Shown: positions 1 to 7,548 of the stretch, one piece after another | How the letters are laid out: the number at the start of each line of letters is the position of its first letter | How positions within the stretch are numbered: the stretch's first letter is position 1 | Source: Candidatus Dormibacteria bacterium | GTDB taxonomy: Bacteria > Chloroflexota > Dormibacteria > Aeolococcales > Aeolococcaceae | Length of the DNA stretch: 64,000 nucleotides | NCBI GenBank assembly: GCA_044450385.1 | Contig: JBIOIZ010000001.1 | Span: 25,299 to 89,298 of the forward strand | Direction: 5' to 3' | Translations under genes and position numbers: made by a program | The notes under the pieces: generated by a model | What the model was told of the DNA's origin: nothing | The model's input: the letters and a program-made list of their open reading frames with translations, nothing else | The model's database searches: none

Positions 1-378
1 CAGGAGACGCTGCTCAAGGCCTGGCGGTCCTGGGGATCGGTGGCGAGGATGGAGCGGCCGGCCTCGTGGCTGACGCGCGTCTGCGTCAACCACTGCATCA
101 GCCGGCGTCGTCATCTGCGCATGCGAGGCTGGCCGCCGCTCGCCCTCATCGAGGATTCGGTATCGGGTGGCGACCCGGGAGCCGCAGCGAACGTCATCGA
201 CATCGATCGGGCCTACCGGCGTTTGTCGCTCCGGCAGCGGGCAGCGATAACGCTCAACTACCGGCACGGGTACTCGGTCGAAGAGTGCGCCGTCTTCATG
301 GGCTGCCGGCCCGGAACCGTGCGAGCCCACCTCGCGCGCGGTCTTGCCACATTGCGAAAGGAGCTCGGCGATGCTTGA
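1..378 (+). CDS. ECF-type sigma-70 family RNA polymerase sigma factor, C-terminal part (5' end lies upstream of the window)
   Basis: Frame 1 is open from base 1 (QETLLKAWRSW...) into ORF 40..378. The segment LSLRQRAAITLNYRHGYSVEECAVFMGCRPGTVRAHLARGLATLRKEL is a typical sigma region-4 HTH. Stop TGA 376-378 overlaps the ATG at 371 of the next gene. Confidence 0.85.
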   Translation, partial: QETLLKAWRSWGSVARMERPASWLTRVCVNHCISRRRHLRMRGWPPLALIEDSVSGGDPGAAANVIDIDRAYRRLSLRQRAAITLNYRHGYSVEECAVFMGCRPGTVRAHLARGLATLRKELGDA

Positions 379-1750
379 CATCGATCCCGGACTGGACACC
401 AAGCTGCGCGCATTCTTCGAGCACGTCGAGGCGTCCGCACCACCGTCGAGCCTGACTGATATGAAGGTTGTGATGCCTGACCGGCGTCGCAGGACGTTGA
501 ACCTGATCGCCGGTGTTGCTGCTGCGGCTCTCGTCGCCGCCAGCGTGACCGTGTTCGCTCTTGAGCTGAGAAGTCACGACAAGGCGTCACCCACCCCGGC
601 GGGCACATCAGCTCCCTCGCCCGCCTCCTCGCGGTCTCCGTTCACGTCGCAGCTGAAGGAAATGCCCTTGCTCGGCGGCGCCGGCGTGCCTGCGTCCGCG
701 CATGTCGTCATTCCGCTCACACGCGGACATGGGTCCGTCCAGCTCCAGACATTCGTCCCGCAGGGGACGCTCTACCTGCAGTTTGACTGTGCCGGCCCGG
801 GTCCGTTCAAGCTCATGTCTACCAACCACGTGGTCGGCCGAAGTCTCCTGCAATGTTCGAGCTCAATCGGCGCGACCACCATGACCGTGGGGAGCCCGAA
901 GCTGTACGACGACAAGCCGCTCACGCTGCAGGTCACAGCGGATGGGTCAATGGTGTGGGAGGTCTACATCTCCGAGAGCAGACCTCCGCTGCCGGTGCTC
1001 ACCGTCCTGCCGGATCAGCGAGTCCTGGTACCGGTTACCTACGGCACCGGCTCGATCACGCTGCCGACGTTCAGCGTTGGACCTGGCGAGTGGCTCGACG
1101 TCCGCGACGCGTGCAACTCCGGCAGTTCCGCTGACATGCTGGAAATCGTGGGCAACATGTTCACCTTCGGCGACGACAAGCAGTTCCAGTGCTCAAACCC
1201 CACGGGGTCGGGTGGCAGCGGATTCGGATCCGGTCCCCCCGGCAGTGGCGGCAGTGGGCCGATCAGCCTGCAGGTCAAGGCTGACCCGTCGATCAGTTGG
1301 GAGATCGTCATCACCGAGGGGCCGACCGCGCTCCTATTGGGATCGTCAGGTGACGTCCAGGTGGCGCCGGTGGCGTACGGCATGGGTTCGGCAGCATTGC
1401 CCGCGTTCACATCAAGCCAGACGTGGTCGATCGCTGTTGTCTGCTCGGGGGTCGGCACCTTGACCATCGGGTCGTCGAGCTTCATGCACACCGCGACGCC
1501 CGGCTGCGTCGATGGAGCTACGTACTTCACACCGCCTGATCAGGTTCCCGGGCAGCCGGTGTCGCTGTCGGTCGACGCTCCGTCAGGTATGGGTTGGGAG
1601 ATCTTCATCTACCGGGTCGGGGCGCCAAGCAGCCCAGGGGCGTGCCCCCCGATCCGTCCGGCAGGCTCTCCTACACCCGAGCCCTGCGTACTGACGGGGG
1701 TTAGCGGATCTCCGCGAACGGCAGTAGGGCGATATGCCGCGCCCGCTTGA
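371..1750 (+). CDS. Putative anti-sigma factor: single-pass membrane protein with three tandem extracytoplasmic Cys-pair repeat domains
   Basis: ATG 371 overlaps the sigma stop (ATGCTTGA). Short cytoplasmic N-terminus, then [24 protein letters not shown]. Three roughly 90-100 aa repeats follow, each with VxPxTxGxGSxxLPxF ... C ... C ... WE(V/I)xIxE. No ZAS HxxxCxxC motif. Confidence 0.7.
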   Translation: MLDIDPGLDTKLRAFFEHVEASAPPSSLTDMKVVMPDRRRRTLNLIAGVAAAALVAASVTVFALELRSHDKASPTPAGTSAPSPASSRSPFTSQLKEMPLLGGAGVPASAHVVIPLTRGHGSVQLQTFVPQGTLYLQFDCAGPGPFKLMSTNHVVGRSLLQCSSSIGATTMTVGSPKLYDDKPLTLQVTADGSMVWEVYISESRPPLPVLTVLPDQRVLVPVTYGTGSITLPTFSVGPGEWLDVRDACNSGSSADMLEIVGNMFTFGDDKQFQCSNPTGSGGSGFGSGPPGSGGSGPISLQVKADPSISWEIVITEGPTALLLGSSGDVQVAPVAYGMGSAALPAFTSSQTWSIAVVCSGVGTLTIGSSSFMHTATPGCVDGATYFTPPDQVPGQPVSLSVDAPSGMGWEIFIYRVGAPSSPGACPPIRPAGSPTPEPCVLTGVSGSPRTAVGRYAAPA

Positions 1751-1928
1751 GCGCCACCGTCAACGAACGCTGATGGCGGGCGCACGTCCCGGTCATCCGG
1801 CGCGGCAGGATCTTGCCCCTCTCCGACAGGTACCGGCGCAGCCGGGTGACCTCCTTGTAATCGATGAAGTCGATGTGTTCCAGGCAGAAGCTGCACACCT
1901 TGCGGCGGCGGCGGTCGAAATCAGGCAT
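1701..1928 (-). CDS. rpsR: 30S ribosomal protein S18
   Basis: Internal ATG of ORF 1701..2117 gives [71 protein letters not shown], a typical S18. Confidence 0.93.
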   Translation of the reverse strand: MPDFDRRRRKVCSFCLEHIDFIDYKEVTRLRRYLSERGKILPRRMTGTCARHQRSLTVALKRARHIALLPFAEIR

Positions 1929-1939
1929 GGCTCTCCAGC

Positions 1940-2389
1940 TCAGAATGGAATGTCGTCTGGGTCGACGTCGCCGCCGGCCGGGACGGTGACCGGCACTGCT
2001 CCGCCGGCGTCGCCGGAGGGCGCACCCTCCTGACGACTGCTGCTGTCGAGGAACTGCACGTCGTTGGCGTTGACCTCGGTCTTGTAGCGCTTCTGGCCAC
2101 TCTGGGCGTCGTCCCACGAGCGGGTCTGGAGGCGGCCCTCGACGTAGACGAGCCTGCCCTTCTGCAGGTACTGCGCCGTGGTCTCCGCGAGCTTGCGGGT
2201 GCCCTGGTTCCAGACCACCACGTCGTGGTAATCCGTGAATTCCTTGCGCTCACCGGTCGCCGGGTCACTCCCGTAGCGGTTGGTCGCGAGCGCGAGGTTG
2301 CAGACGGCTGTTCCACTCGGCGTGTAGCGGAGCTCGGGATCACGGGTCAGCCTGCCGATGAGCATCACACGATTGAGAGAACCCGCCAT
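1940..2389 (-). CDS. ssb: Single-stranded DNA-binding protein
   Basis: [28 protein letters not shown]-fold N-terminus, Gly/Pro-rich linker, and the C-terminal acidic tip DPDDIPF. ATG 2389 overlaps the rpsF stop (TGATG). Confidence 0.93.
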   Translation of the reverse strand: MAGSLNRVMLIGRLTRDPELRYTPSGTAVCNLALATNRYGSDPATGERKEFTDYHDVVVWNQGTRKLAETTAQYLQKGRLVYVEGRLQTRSWDDAQSGQKRYKTEVNANDVQFLDSSSRQEGAPSGDAGGAVPVTVPAGGDVDPDDIPF

Positions 2390-2850
2390 CACAAATCTCC
2401 TTCGTCGTCGTCGATTGCCGAGGGGACGTCGTCTGATTCCAGATCGTCGTCCCCATCCACGGACCCTGGAGCGACAGTATCCGCGTCTCCGCGGTCGATT
2501 TCAGCCTCGGGCTCGACCGGTCCCTGCACCTCTTCGATCTCGGCCTCGGGTTCGGGCATCGGACCCTCGTGGACGACGATGAGATGGCGGAAGACCGTGT
2601 CGTGGATCCTGAGCGCGCGCTCGATCTCGGCCACCTTGCCGCCGTCCAGGTGAAAGACGACCAGGACGTAGTGGCCCTCGCGCAGGCGTTTCACCTCGTA
2701 CGCCAGGCGGCGCTTCCCCCAGAGCGTGGTCTTGACGACCTCGCCCTCGTGGGTTTCGATCAGCGCGCGCACCGATTTCACGGCGACGCGCACCGCGTCA
2801 TCCTCCAGCTCCGGCCGGACGATGTACATCAGCTCGTAGTCACGCACCAT
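2389..2850 (-). CDS. rpsF: 30S ribosomal protein S6 with a long acidic C-terminal extension
   Basis: MVRDYELMYIVRPELEDD...WGKRRLAYEVKRLREGHYV is an S6 signature. ATG 2850 is preceded by AAAGGAGGT 7 nt upstream. The C-terminal ~55 aa are rich in Asp and Glu. Confidence 0.92.
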   Translation of the reverse strand: MVRDYELMYIVRPELEDDAVRVAVKSVRALIETHEGEVVKTTLWGKRRLAYEVKRLREGHYVLVVFHLDGGKVAEIERALRIHDTVFRHLIVVHEGPMPEPEAEIEEVQGPVEPEAEIDRGDADTVAPGSVDGDDDLESDDVPSAIDDDEGDL

Positions 2851-2983
2851 GCGTGGCACCTCCTTTCCTCTGGGCTTGCGGCGCCCGGGGTGCTGTGACT
2901 GCCGAGGTGGTCAGGCAGTCTCGATCCGGGCGCAGGAAAGCGTTATGTGGAAACGCTCCTCGATGAGAAGCGCTCGCAGTGTA
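2851..2983 (-). promoter_or_regulatory. Candidate rpsF operon promoter (-10 TACACT, 2983..2978) and ~120-nt structured 5' leader
   Basis: Minus strand reads TACACT at 2983..2978. Hairpins: 2954..2972 (CGCTTCTC/GAGGAGCG), 2939..2957 (AGCGTT/AACGCT, shares 4 nt with the previous one) and 2898..2919 (ACTGCC/GGCAGT). Confidence 0.35.
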
Positions 2984-2996
2984 GCAGGAGCCGATC

Positions 2997-4145
2997 TCAG
3001 TCCAGCCGGAACGTCTTGGGCAGGGGGGTGAGATTCCGGCAACCGGTCTCGGTGACGACCACGAGATCCTCGATGCGGATACCCCCGAAGTGCGGGTCGT
3101 ACAGTCCGGGTTCGACAGTGATCACGTCGCCGACCTCGAGGACAACGTCCGCCTCGCTGACCCGGGGATATTCGTGGATCTCGAGCCCCAGCCCGTGCCC
3201 GGTCCCGTGGATGAAGCGCGCATCGCTCGGGATGTCCCGGTAGGGTCTGGGCAGCGAGCCATAGCCGTGCTGCTTGAACACCTCACAGCAGGCGAAATGC
3301 ACATCGCGGCCGTTCACGCCCGGCCTGACGGTGTCGAGCCCCGCCTGCTGCGCCTCGAGCACGGCGTCCCACATGCGCATCACCTCTGGGGGCGGCGTGC
3401 CGCGCACCACCGTGCGGGTCATGTCGCCCCAGTAGCGGGTGCGCTTGTCGAACGGGTAGATGTCGAGCACGATCGGCAGACCGGCGCGTATGACATCGCT
3501 CATCGCGCGGTGCGGGTCCGCAGACTCGGGTCCACCGCAGCAGATCGAGTCCTCGGTGCCGTAGCCGTTGTCGAGCAGGTGACTCTCGACGGTGAAGATG
3601 AGGTCCGCGCTGCTGAGGTTGCGACCATCGCGTACCAGGAGCCCATCGCGGATCTCAGCAGCTGCGATCACGTCGATCGCCTTCTGCAGGGCGGCCATGC
3701 CGGCGTTCTCCGTCGCGGTGATCCACTCGACTTCCTGTGGAGTCTTGATGCGGCGTCGCTGCTGATAGATGTTGGTCCGTGGCCGGACGTCGACGTCGTT
3801 GTGGCGCAGGTGGTCGGCGAACACCGCGGGAAAGTCGGCATCGACATCCACCGCGGTGAGACCGTGCTCGCGACAGACCGCCTCGACGAGGGACGCCCAG
3901 CCGTCGTATTCGTTACCACCCGGGCGTGGTGCCGGGATGCTGAGCTCGAGGGTGCTGCGAACCTGACCGACCGATGCCTCCTTGCGTGCGCGACCCTCTT
4001 CGAGTGCACTCGCCCAGAGCACGGTGTCATCGCCGCCGCGGTCGACCACCACGATCGGGTCCGGCACAAGGAATCCGGTGCGGTACAGGATGTTCGGGTG
4101 GTGATACGTCTCACCGAAAAGCAGTACGGGGCGGTCGTCACTCAT
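2997..4145 (-). CDS. M24 family metallopeptidase (Xaa-Pro aminopeptidase/dipeptidase type)
   Basis: 382 aa. C-terminal pita-bread fold motifs: DIYPFDKRTRYWGDMTRT, HGTGHGLGLEIHEYP and VEPGLY...GGIRIED. Confidence 0.88.
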   Translation of the reverse strand: MSDDRPVLLFGETYHHPNILYRTGFLVPDPIVVVDRGGDDTVLWASALEEGRARKEASVGQVRSTLELSIPAPRPGGNEYDGWASLVEAVCREHGLTAVDVDADFPAVFADHLRHNDVDVRPRTNIYQQRRRIKTPQEVEWITATENAGMAALQKAIDVIAAAEIRDGLLVRDGRNLSSADLIFTVESHLLDNGYGTEDSICCGGPESADPHRAMSDVIRAGLPIVLDIYPFDKRTRYWGDMTRTVVRGTPPPEVMRMWDAVLEAQQAGLDTVRPGVNGRDVHFACCEVFKQHGYGSLPRPYRDIPSDARFIHGTGHGLGLEIHEYPRVSEADVVLEVGDVITVEPGLYDPHFGGIRIEDLVVVTETGCRNLTPLPKTFRLD

Positions 4146-4152
4146 GTGGCGG

Positions 4153-4158
4153 AGCGTA
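4153..4158 (-). promoter_or_regulatory. Candidate -10 box (TACGCT) 7 nt upstream of the M24 peptidase ATG (leaderless pattern)
   Basis: Minus strand reads TACGCT-CCGCCAC-ATG. Confidence 0.35.
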
Positions 4159-4182
4159 GCAGCCGGGTGTCACGCTCTCACC

Positions 4183-4779
4183 GTGAGCGTGGTGCCGGAT
4201 CGACGGAGCCGTGCCGACGGCATCGGATGGTTCGCGGCCGGCTACGCTGGTGTCATCGCGTTCTTCGTCCTCGAGACGTCGACCCGTCAACGGGGTGCAC
4301 CATCGAGCCTGCGGGCTTCGCGCGACGATCGTGGAACCACCCGGATGATCATCGCCGCATATGCAACTGCGGTGGCGGTTGCACCCGTGGTCCGCGTCAT
4401 ACGGCGGCCGCAACTGCATCGCGCCGCCGGCCCCATGGGTGCCGGCCTGGAAGCGGTCGGGCTCGGCCTGCGCGCATGGTCGATGCGGACGCTCGGCCAG
4501 TCCTATTCGCGGACCCTCCGTGTCAGGCGTGGTCAGCACGTTGTCGACCACGGACCGTATCGATTCCTGCGCCATCCCGGCTACGCGGGATCGCTTTTGT
4601 TCTGGACAGGATTCGCATTAACATCACGCAGTGTGGCGGTCGTCGAGATGGTCGGCGGACTTCTCGGTCTCGCGTATATCCGCCGCGTCTCGGCCGAGGA
4701 AGCACTGCTGCGCCGCGACCTTCCCGGATATGAGGCATACAGCCGGCGCACGAAGCGGTTGATCCCGTTCGTGTGGTGA
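4183..4779 (+). CDS. Isoprenylcysteine carboxyl methyltransferase (ICMT/PEMT-like) family membrane protein
   Basis: Multi-TM protein with YRFLRHPGYAGSLLFWTGFAL, typical of the ICMT family. The ORF-track start at 4144 would overlap the divergent peptidase start, so GTG 4183 is used. The start is uncertain (4144-4192). Confidence 0.7.
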   Translation: MSVVPDRRSRADGIGWFAAGYAGVIAFFVLETSTRQRGAPSSLRASRDDRGTTRMIIAAYATAVAVAPVVRVIRRPQLHRAAGPMGAGLEAVGLGLRAWSMRTLGQSYSRTLRVRRGQHVVDHGPYRFLRHPGYAGSLLFWTGFALTSRSVAVVEMVGGLLGLAYIRRVSAEEALLRRDLPGYEAYSRRTKRLIPFVW

Positions 4780-4799
4780 CCGGTGACGATCTCGCGACT

Positions 4800-5444
4800 C
4801 TAAACACGCGACGCGTGCGACTTCCCCGGACTCGACGACCTGATCACGGTCGTAGGCATGTCACTCGTGCCACGCGTCCCGGCACCAGACGTGACGGCTC
4901 TCAGCTCGTCGAAGGTGTCGCGGATGACCTGCGGAAATTCCCGTCGCTCCGTCTCCTTGACCCAGGCTTGAAACGCAGCGCTGAAGATCGCGATTCCCGT
5001 ATCAGCGGTGAGCGACGCGGCCGTGTCTGCAACGCCGCGCCGGCGCAACGCGTCGGCGAGTGCAGCGGAGAGTAAGGAGAGCTTGATCAGCTCGCGCTCA
5101 CGAAGCTCGGCATTCGACACGATGATGACCTGACGCTCGCGAGCGGCTTCGCGGCGTTCCTGGAGCACACCACCGGCGGCCTCGAGGGCGGCGACCACCG
5201 CGTCGATGGGCGCGACGCTCGCAGGCGCGCCGGTCACCGCGCTGACCAGGAGCTCTCGAAGCGCACCCGCGCCCCAGAACAGGACCTCACGCTTGTCGGC
5301 GAAGTACCGGAAGAAGGTTCGCTCCGTCAACCCTGCCCGTGCGGCGATCTCCACAACGGTCGTGTTCTCGAAGCCGCGCTCGCCGAAGAGCGCGATCGCG
5401 GCACGCTCGAGCCTGCCTCGGCTGTCCGGCTCCCAACGTGCCAT
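4800..5444 (-). CDS. TetR/AcrR family transcriptional regulator
   Basis: N-terminal HTH: RLERAAIALFGERGFENTTVVEIAARAGLTERTFFRYFADKREVLF. Confidence 0.9.
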   Translation of the reverse strand: MARWEPDSRGRLERAAIALFGERGFENTTVVEIAARAGLTERTFFRYFADKREVLFWGAGALRELLVSAVTGAPASVAPIDAVVAALEAAGGVLQERREAARERQVIIVSNAELRERELIKLSLLSAALADALRRRGVADTAASLTADTGIAIFSAAFQAWVKETERREFPQVIRDTFDELRAVTSGAGTRGTSDMPTTVIRSSSPGKSHASRV

Positions 5445-5450
5445 GCGGTG

Positions 5451-5456
5451 ATTCTA
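5451..5456 (-). promoter_or_regulatory. Candidate -10 box (TAGAAT) 6 nt upstream of the tetR ATG (leaderless pattern)
   Basis: Minus strand reads TAGAAT-CACCGC-ATG. Confidence 0.4.
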
Positions 5457-5464
5457 CCGGCCCC

Positions 5465-5513
5465 TGATGACAGTGACTGACATGCGTGGTAAGGTGATGA
5501 CAGCAACTGACAT
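5465..5513. promoter_or_regulatory. Two copies of a 19-bp near-palindromic operator-like repeat in the tetR/SDR divergent region
   Basis: TGATGACAGTGACTGACAT (5465..5483) and TGATGACAGCAACTGACAT (5495..5513) match at 17 of 19 positions and start 30 bp apart. Each is an imperfect inverted repeat ATGACAGT-n-ACTGACAT. A TAAGGT -10 candidate (5490..5495) for the SDR gene lies between them. Confidence 0.5.
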
Positions 5514-5559
5514 CAAGACCAGCCTCAGTGCAGAGGAATGGTCCTCCCAGGAGGCGTTC

Positions 5560-6483
5560 ATGCGTGTCTTCGTCACCGGCGCGTCAGGCTGGATCGGCTC
5601 CGCCGTCGTTTCCCAACTCCTCGAAGCAGGTCATCAAGTCGTCGGCCTAGCTCGCTCGGCCGCCTCGGCCGCCGCACTCGCTGCCGCCGGGGCAGAGCTG
5701 CGTCGTGGCAGCCTCGACGACCTCGCCCTCCTGGGAGAGGCAGCGGCCGCGTCGGACGGCGTGATCCACCTCGCCTTCAAGCACGACATCGCTTTCTCCG
5801 GCGGCTTTCAGGCCGCGGCGGATGCCGATCGCCGCGCCGTCGAGGCATTCGGCGAAGCGCTCGCCGGCTCAGATCGCCCGCTGCTGATCGCCTCAGGGAC
5901 CCTCGGGATGGCACTTGGCCGTGTGGCCACCGAACGGGACGGTCACGACGTCAGTCGGGAGCTGGCGGTGCTGGGCGGCGGTCCGCGGACCAGGCATGGC
6001 ACCGCGGAGTTGGCGCTCTCCCTCGCTTCCCGCGGCGTCCGCTCCTCGATCCTCCGACTCCCTCCGACGAATCACGGCCAAGGAGATCACGGATTCATGG
6101 CGACGCTGGTTCGCGTCGCCCGCGACAAGGGCGTCTCCGGCTACATCGGCGACGGGAGCAATCGCTGGCCTGCCGTCCACCGGCTGGATTCAGCGCACCT
6201 CTTCCGCGTGGCGCTCGAGGGGGCTCCGGCGGGCTCGACGCTCCATGGGGTCGCGGATGAGGGCGTGCCGCTCCGCGACATCGCCGGAGTCATCGGCCGC
6301 CATCTGGATCTGCCGGTGGTTTCGATTGCTCCCGAGGACGCAAACGAGCACTTCACGCCCCTGGGCGGCTTCGTCGGGCTCGACAGCCCCGCCTCGAGCG
6401 CACTCACCCGCGCACTGCTGCGGTGGGAACCGATCCATCCAGGGCTCCTCGACGACCTCGATCAGGGCCACTACTTCCGGTAA
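5560..6483 (+). CDS. SDR/NAD(P)-dependent epimerase-dehydratase family oxidoreductase
   Basis: MRVFVTGASGWIGSAVVSQLLEAGHQVVGLARS Rossmann motif. ATG 5560 is preceded by AGGAGG 5 nt upstream. The upstream part of ORF 5467.. covers the operator repeats and is not considered coding. Confidence 0.85.
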   Translation: MRVFVTGASGWIGSAVVSQLLEAGHQVVGLARSAASAAALAAAGAELRRGSLDDLALLGEAAAASDGVIHLAFKHDIAFSGGFQAAADADRRAVEAFGEALAGSDRPLLIASGTLGMALGRVATERDGHDVSRELAVLGGGPRTRHGTAELALSLASRGVRSSILRLPPTNHGQGDHGFMATLVRVARDKGVSGYIGDGSNRWPAVHRLDSAHLFRVALEGAPAGSTLHGVADEGVPLRDIAGVIGRHLDLPVVSIAPEDANEHFTPLGGFVGLDSPASSALTRALLRWEPIHPGLLDDLDQGHYFR

Positions 6484-6496
6484 CGGTCGGCATCGG

Positions 6497-6502
6497 TAGA
6501 GT
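6497..6502 (+). promoter_or_regulatory. Candidate -10 box (TAGAGT) just upstream of the DinB-family gene
   Basis: TAGAGT-C-ATG-CAC-GTG. It lies 1 nt from ATG 6504 and 7 nt from the in-frame GTG 6510, so the true start may be 6510. Confidence 0.3.
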
Positions 6503-6503
6503 C

Positions 6504-7049
6504 ATGCACGTGCCTGAGTTCGACGAGCAGGGCCGTCCGAAGCCGCCGTCCGCGGGCGACGAGGCCGCGACCCTGGTCGGTTTCCTGGAGTTCCAGCGCG
6601 CGACCTTCGCCTGGAAGACCGGCGGGCTCGACGCGCCTGGACTGCAGACAACCGTCGGGGTCTCGTCCATGACGCTCGGGGGCATGCTCAAGCATCTGGC
6701 ACTGGTTGAGGACTACTGGTTCTCCGAGTGGCTGGAGGGGCGAGAGTCGGCGCCACCGTGGGACAGCGTGGACTGGGAGGCGGACCCCGACTGGGAGTGG
6801 CACACGGCGGCCCAGGACACGCCCGAGGAGCTGCGCGCGCTCTGGGAGGAGCGCGTGGATCGCGCCCGCGCCAATGTTCACAAGGCCCTCGCGGATGGCG
6901 GCCTGGGGCAGCTCGCCAAGCGCACCGAGCCCAGCGGTGAGGCACCGAGCCTGCGCTGGATCCTCTGCCACATGATCGAGGAGTACGCGCGGCACAACGG
7001 TCACGCCGACCTGATTCGGGAGGCGGTCGACGGGCAGACCGGCGAGTGA
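6504..7049 (+). CDS. DinB/DUF664 family protein (mycothiol-transferase-like four-helix bundle)
   Basis: LVGFLEFQRATFAWKTGGL...MLKHLALVEDYWF...HMIEEYARHNGHADLIRE is typical of DUF664/DinB_2. An alternative start is at 6510. Confidence 0.8.
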   Translation: MHVPEFDEQGRPKPPSAGDEAATLVGFLEFQRATFAWKTGGLDAPGLQTTVGVSSMTLGGMLKHLALVEDYWFSEWLEGRESAPPWDSVDWEADPDWEWHTAAQDTPEELRALWEERVDRARANVHKALADGGLGQLAKRTEPSGEAPSLRWILCHMIEEYARHNGHADLIREAVDGQTGE

Positions 7050-7074
7050 GCGCGCCAAGGTCGCCGGAGGGAGA

Positions 7075-7151
7075 TGGTGGTCAGCGGGGGACTCGAACCC
7101 TCGACCTCGCGGATGTGAACCGCGCGCTCTAACCAGCTGAGCTAGCTGACC
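7075..7151 (-). tRNA. tRNA-Val (anticodon CAC), CCA encoded
   Basis: Minus strand folds as a cloverleaf: GGTCAGC-TA-GCTC-AGCTGGTTA-GAGC-G-CGCGG-TTCACAT-CCGCG-AGGTC-GAGGG-TTCGAGT-CCCCC-GCTGACC-A-CCA. Acceptor stem is 7 bp and the anticodon loop is TTCACAT. There is one A-C mismatch in the T stem. Confidence 0.9.
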
Positions 7152-7168
7152 CCGCCCAGAAGTCTAGG

Positions 7169-7546
7169 TCAGGCGCCGACGAGCTTTGCGTAGCCCGTCT
7201 CGTCGAGCAGGTCGCCGCCGTCGTTGCTCGAACTCTCGAGACGGAGCATCCAGCCCTCACCGTACGGGTCGGAGTTGACGAGCTCCGGGCGGTCGTTCAG
7301 CGCCGAGTTCACCTCGGCCACGGTCCCGCTCACCGGCGAATAGAGGTCGGACGCCGCCTTGACCGACTCGATCGCGCCGAACTTGGCACCCGCCTTGACC
7401 TCGGTCCCGACCGCCGGAAGCTCGAGAAAGATCACATCGCCGAGCTGCGCCTGGGCATGATCGCTGATCCCCACGGTGGCGTTGGAGCCCTCGACGCGAA
7501 CCCACTCGTGGGTGGCGGTGAACCGGTAGTTGGAGAGATCAGCCAC
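7169..7546 (-). CDS. gcvH: Glycine cleavage system protein H
   Basis: GTG 7546 lies 2 nt after the gcvT stop. Sequence ADLSNYRFTATHEWV...GAIESVKAASDLYSPVSG contains the lipoyl-lysine motif ESVKA. Confidence 0.92.
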   Translation of the reverse strand: MADLSNYRFTATHEWVRVEGSNATVGISDHAQAQLGDVIFLELPAVGTEVKAGAKFGAIESVKAASDLYSPVSGTVAEVNSALNDRPELVNSDPYGEGWMLRLESSSNDGGDLLDETGYAKLVGA

Positions 7547-7548
7547 GT

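Noticed and set aside
3090-4733. Long ORFs antisense to, or out of frame with, recognisable genes. Examples: 3090..4733+, 8727..10466-, 29488..31071+, 31077..32324+, 49903..51294-, 55686..57071-, 60537..62981+.
   Set aside because: Their translations are Arg/Pro/Gly/Ala-rich and low in complexity. They lie opposite genes with unmistakable family motifs, and stop codons are rare in GC-rich DNA. They are treated as non-coding artefacts.
4183-7151. tRNA-Val as the anchor of a genomic island (ICMT, TetR, SDR and DinB genes lie 3' of the tRNA).
   Set aside because: No integrase, no obvious direct repeat of the tRNA 3' end, no compositional break visible by eye, and the genes are ordinary accessory metabolism.
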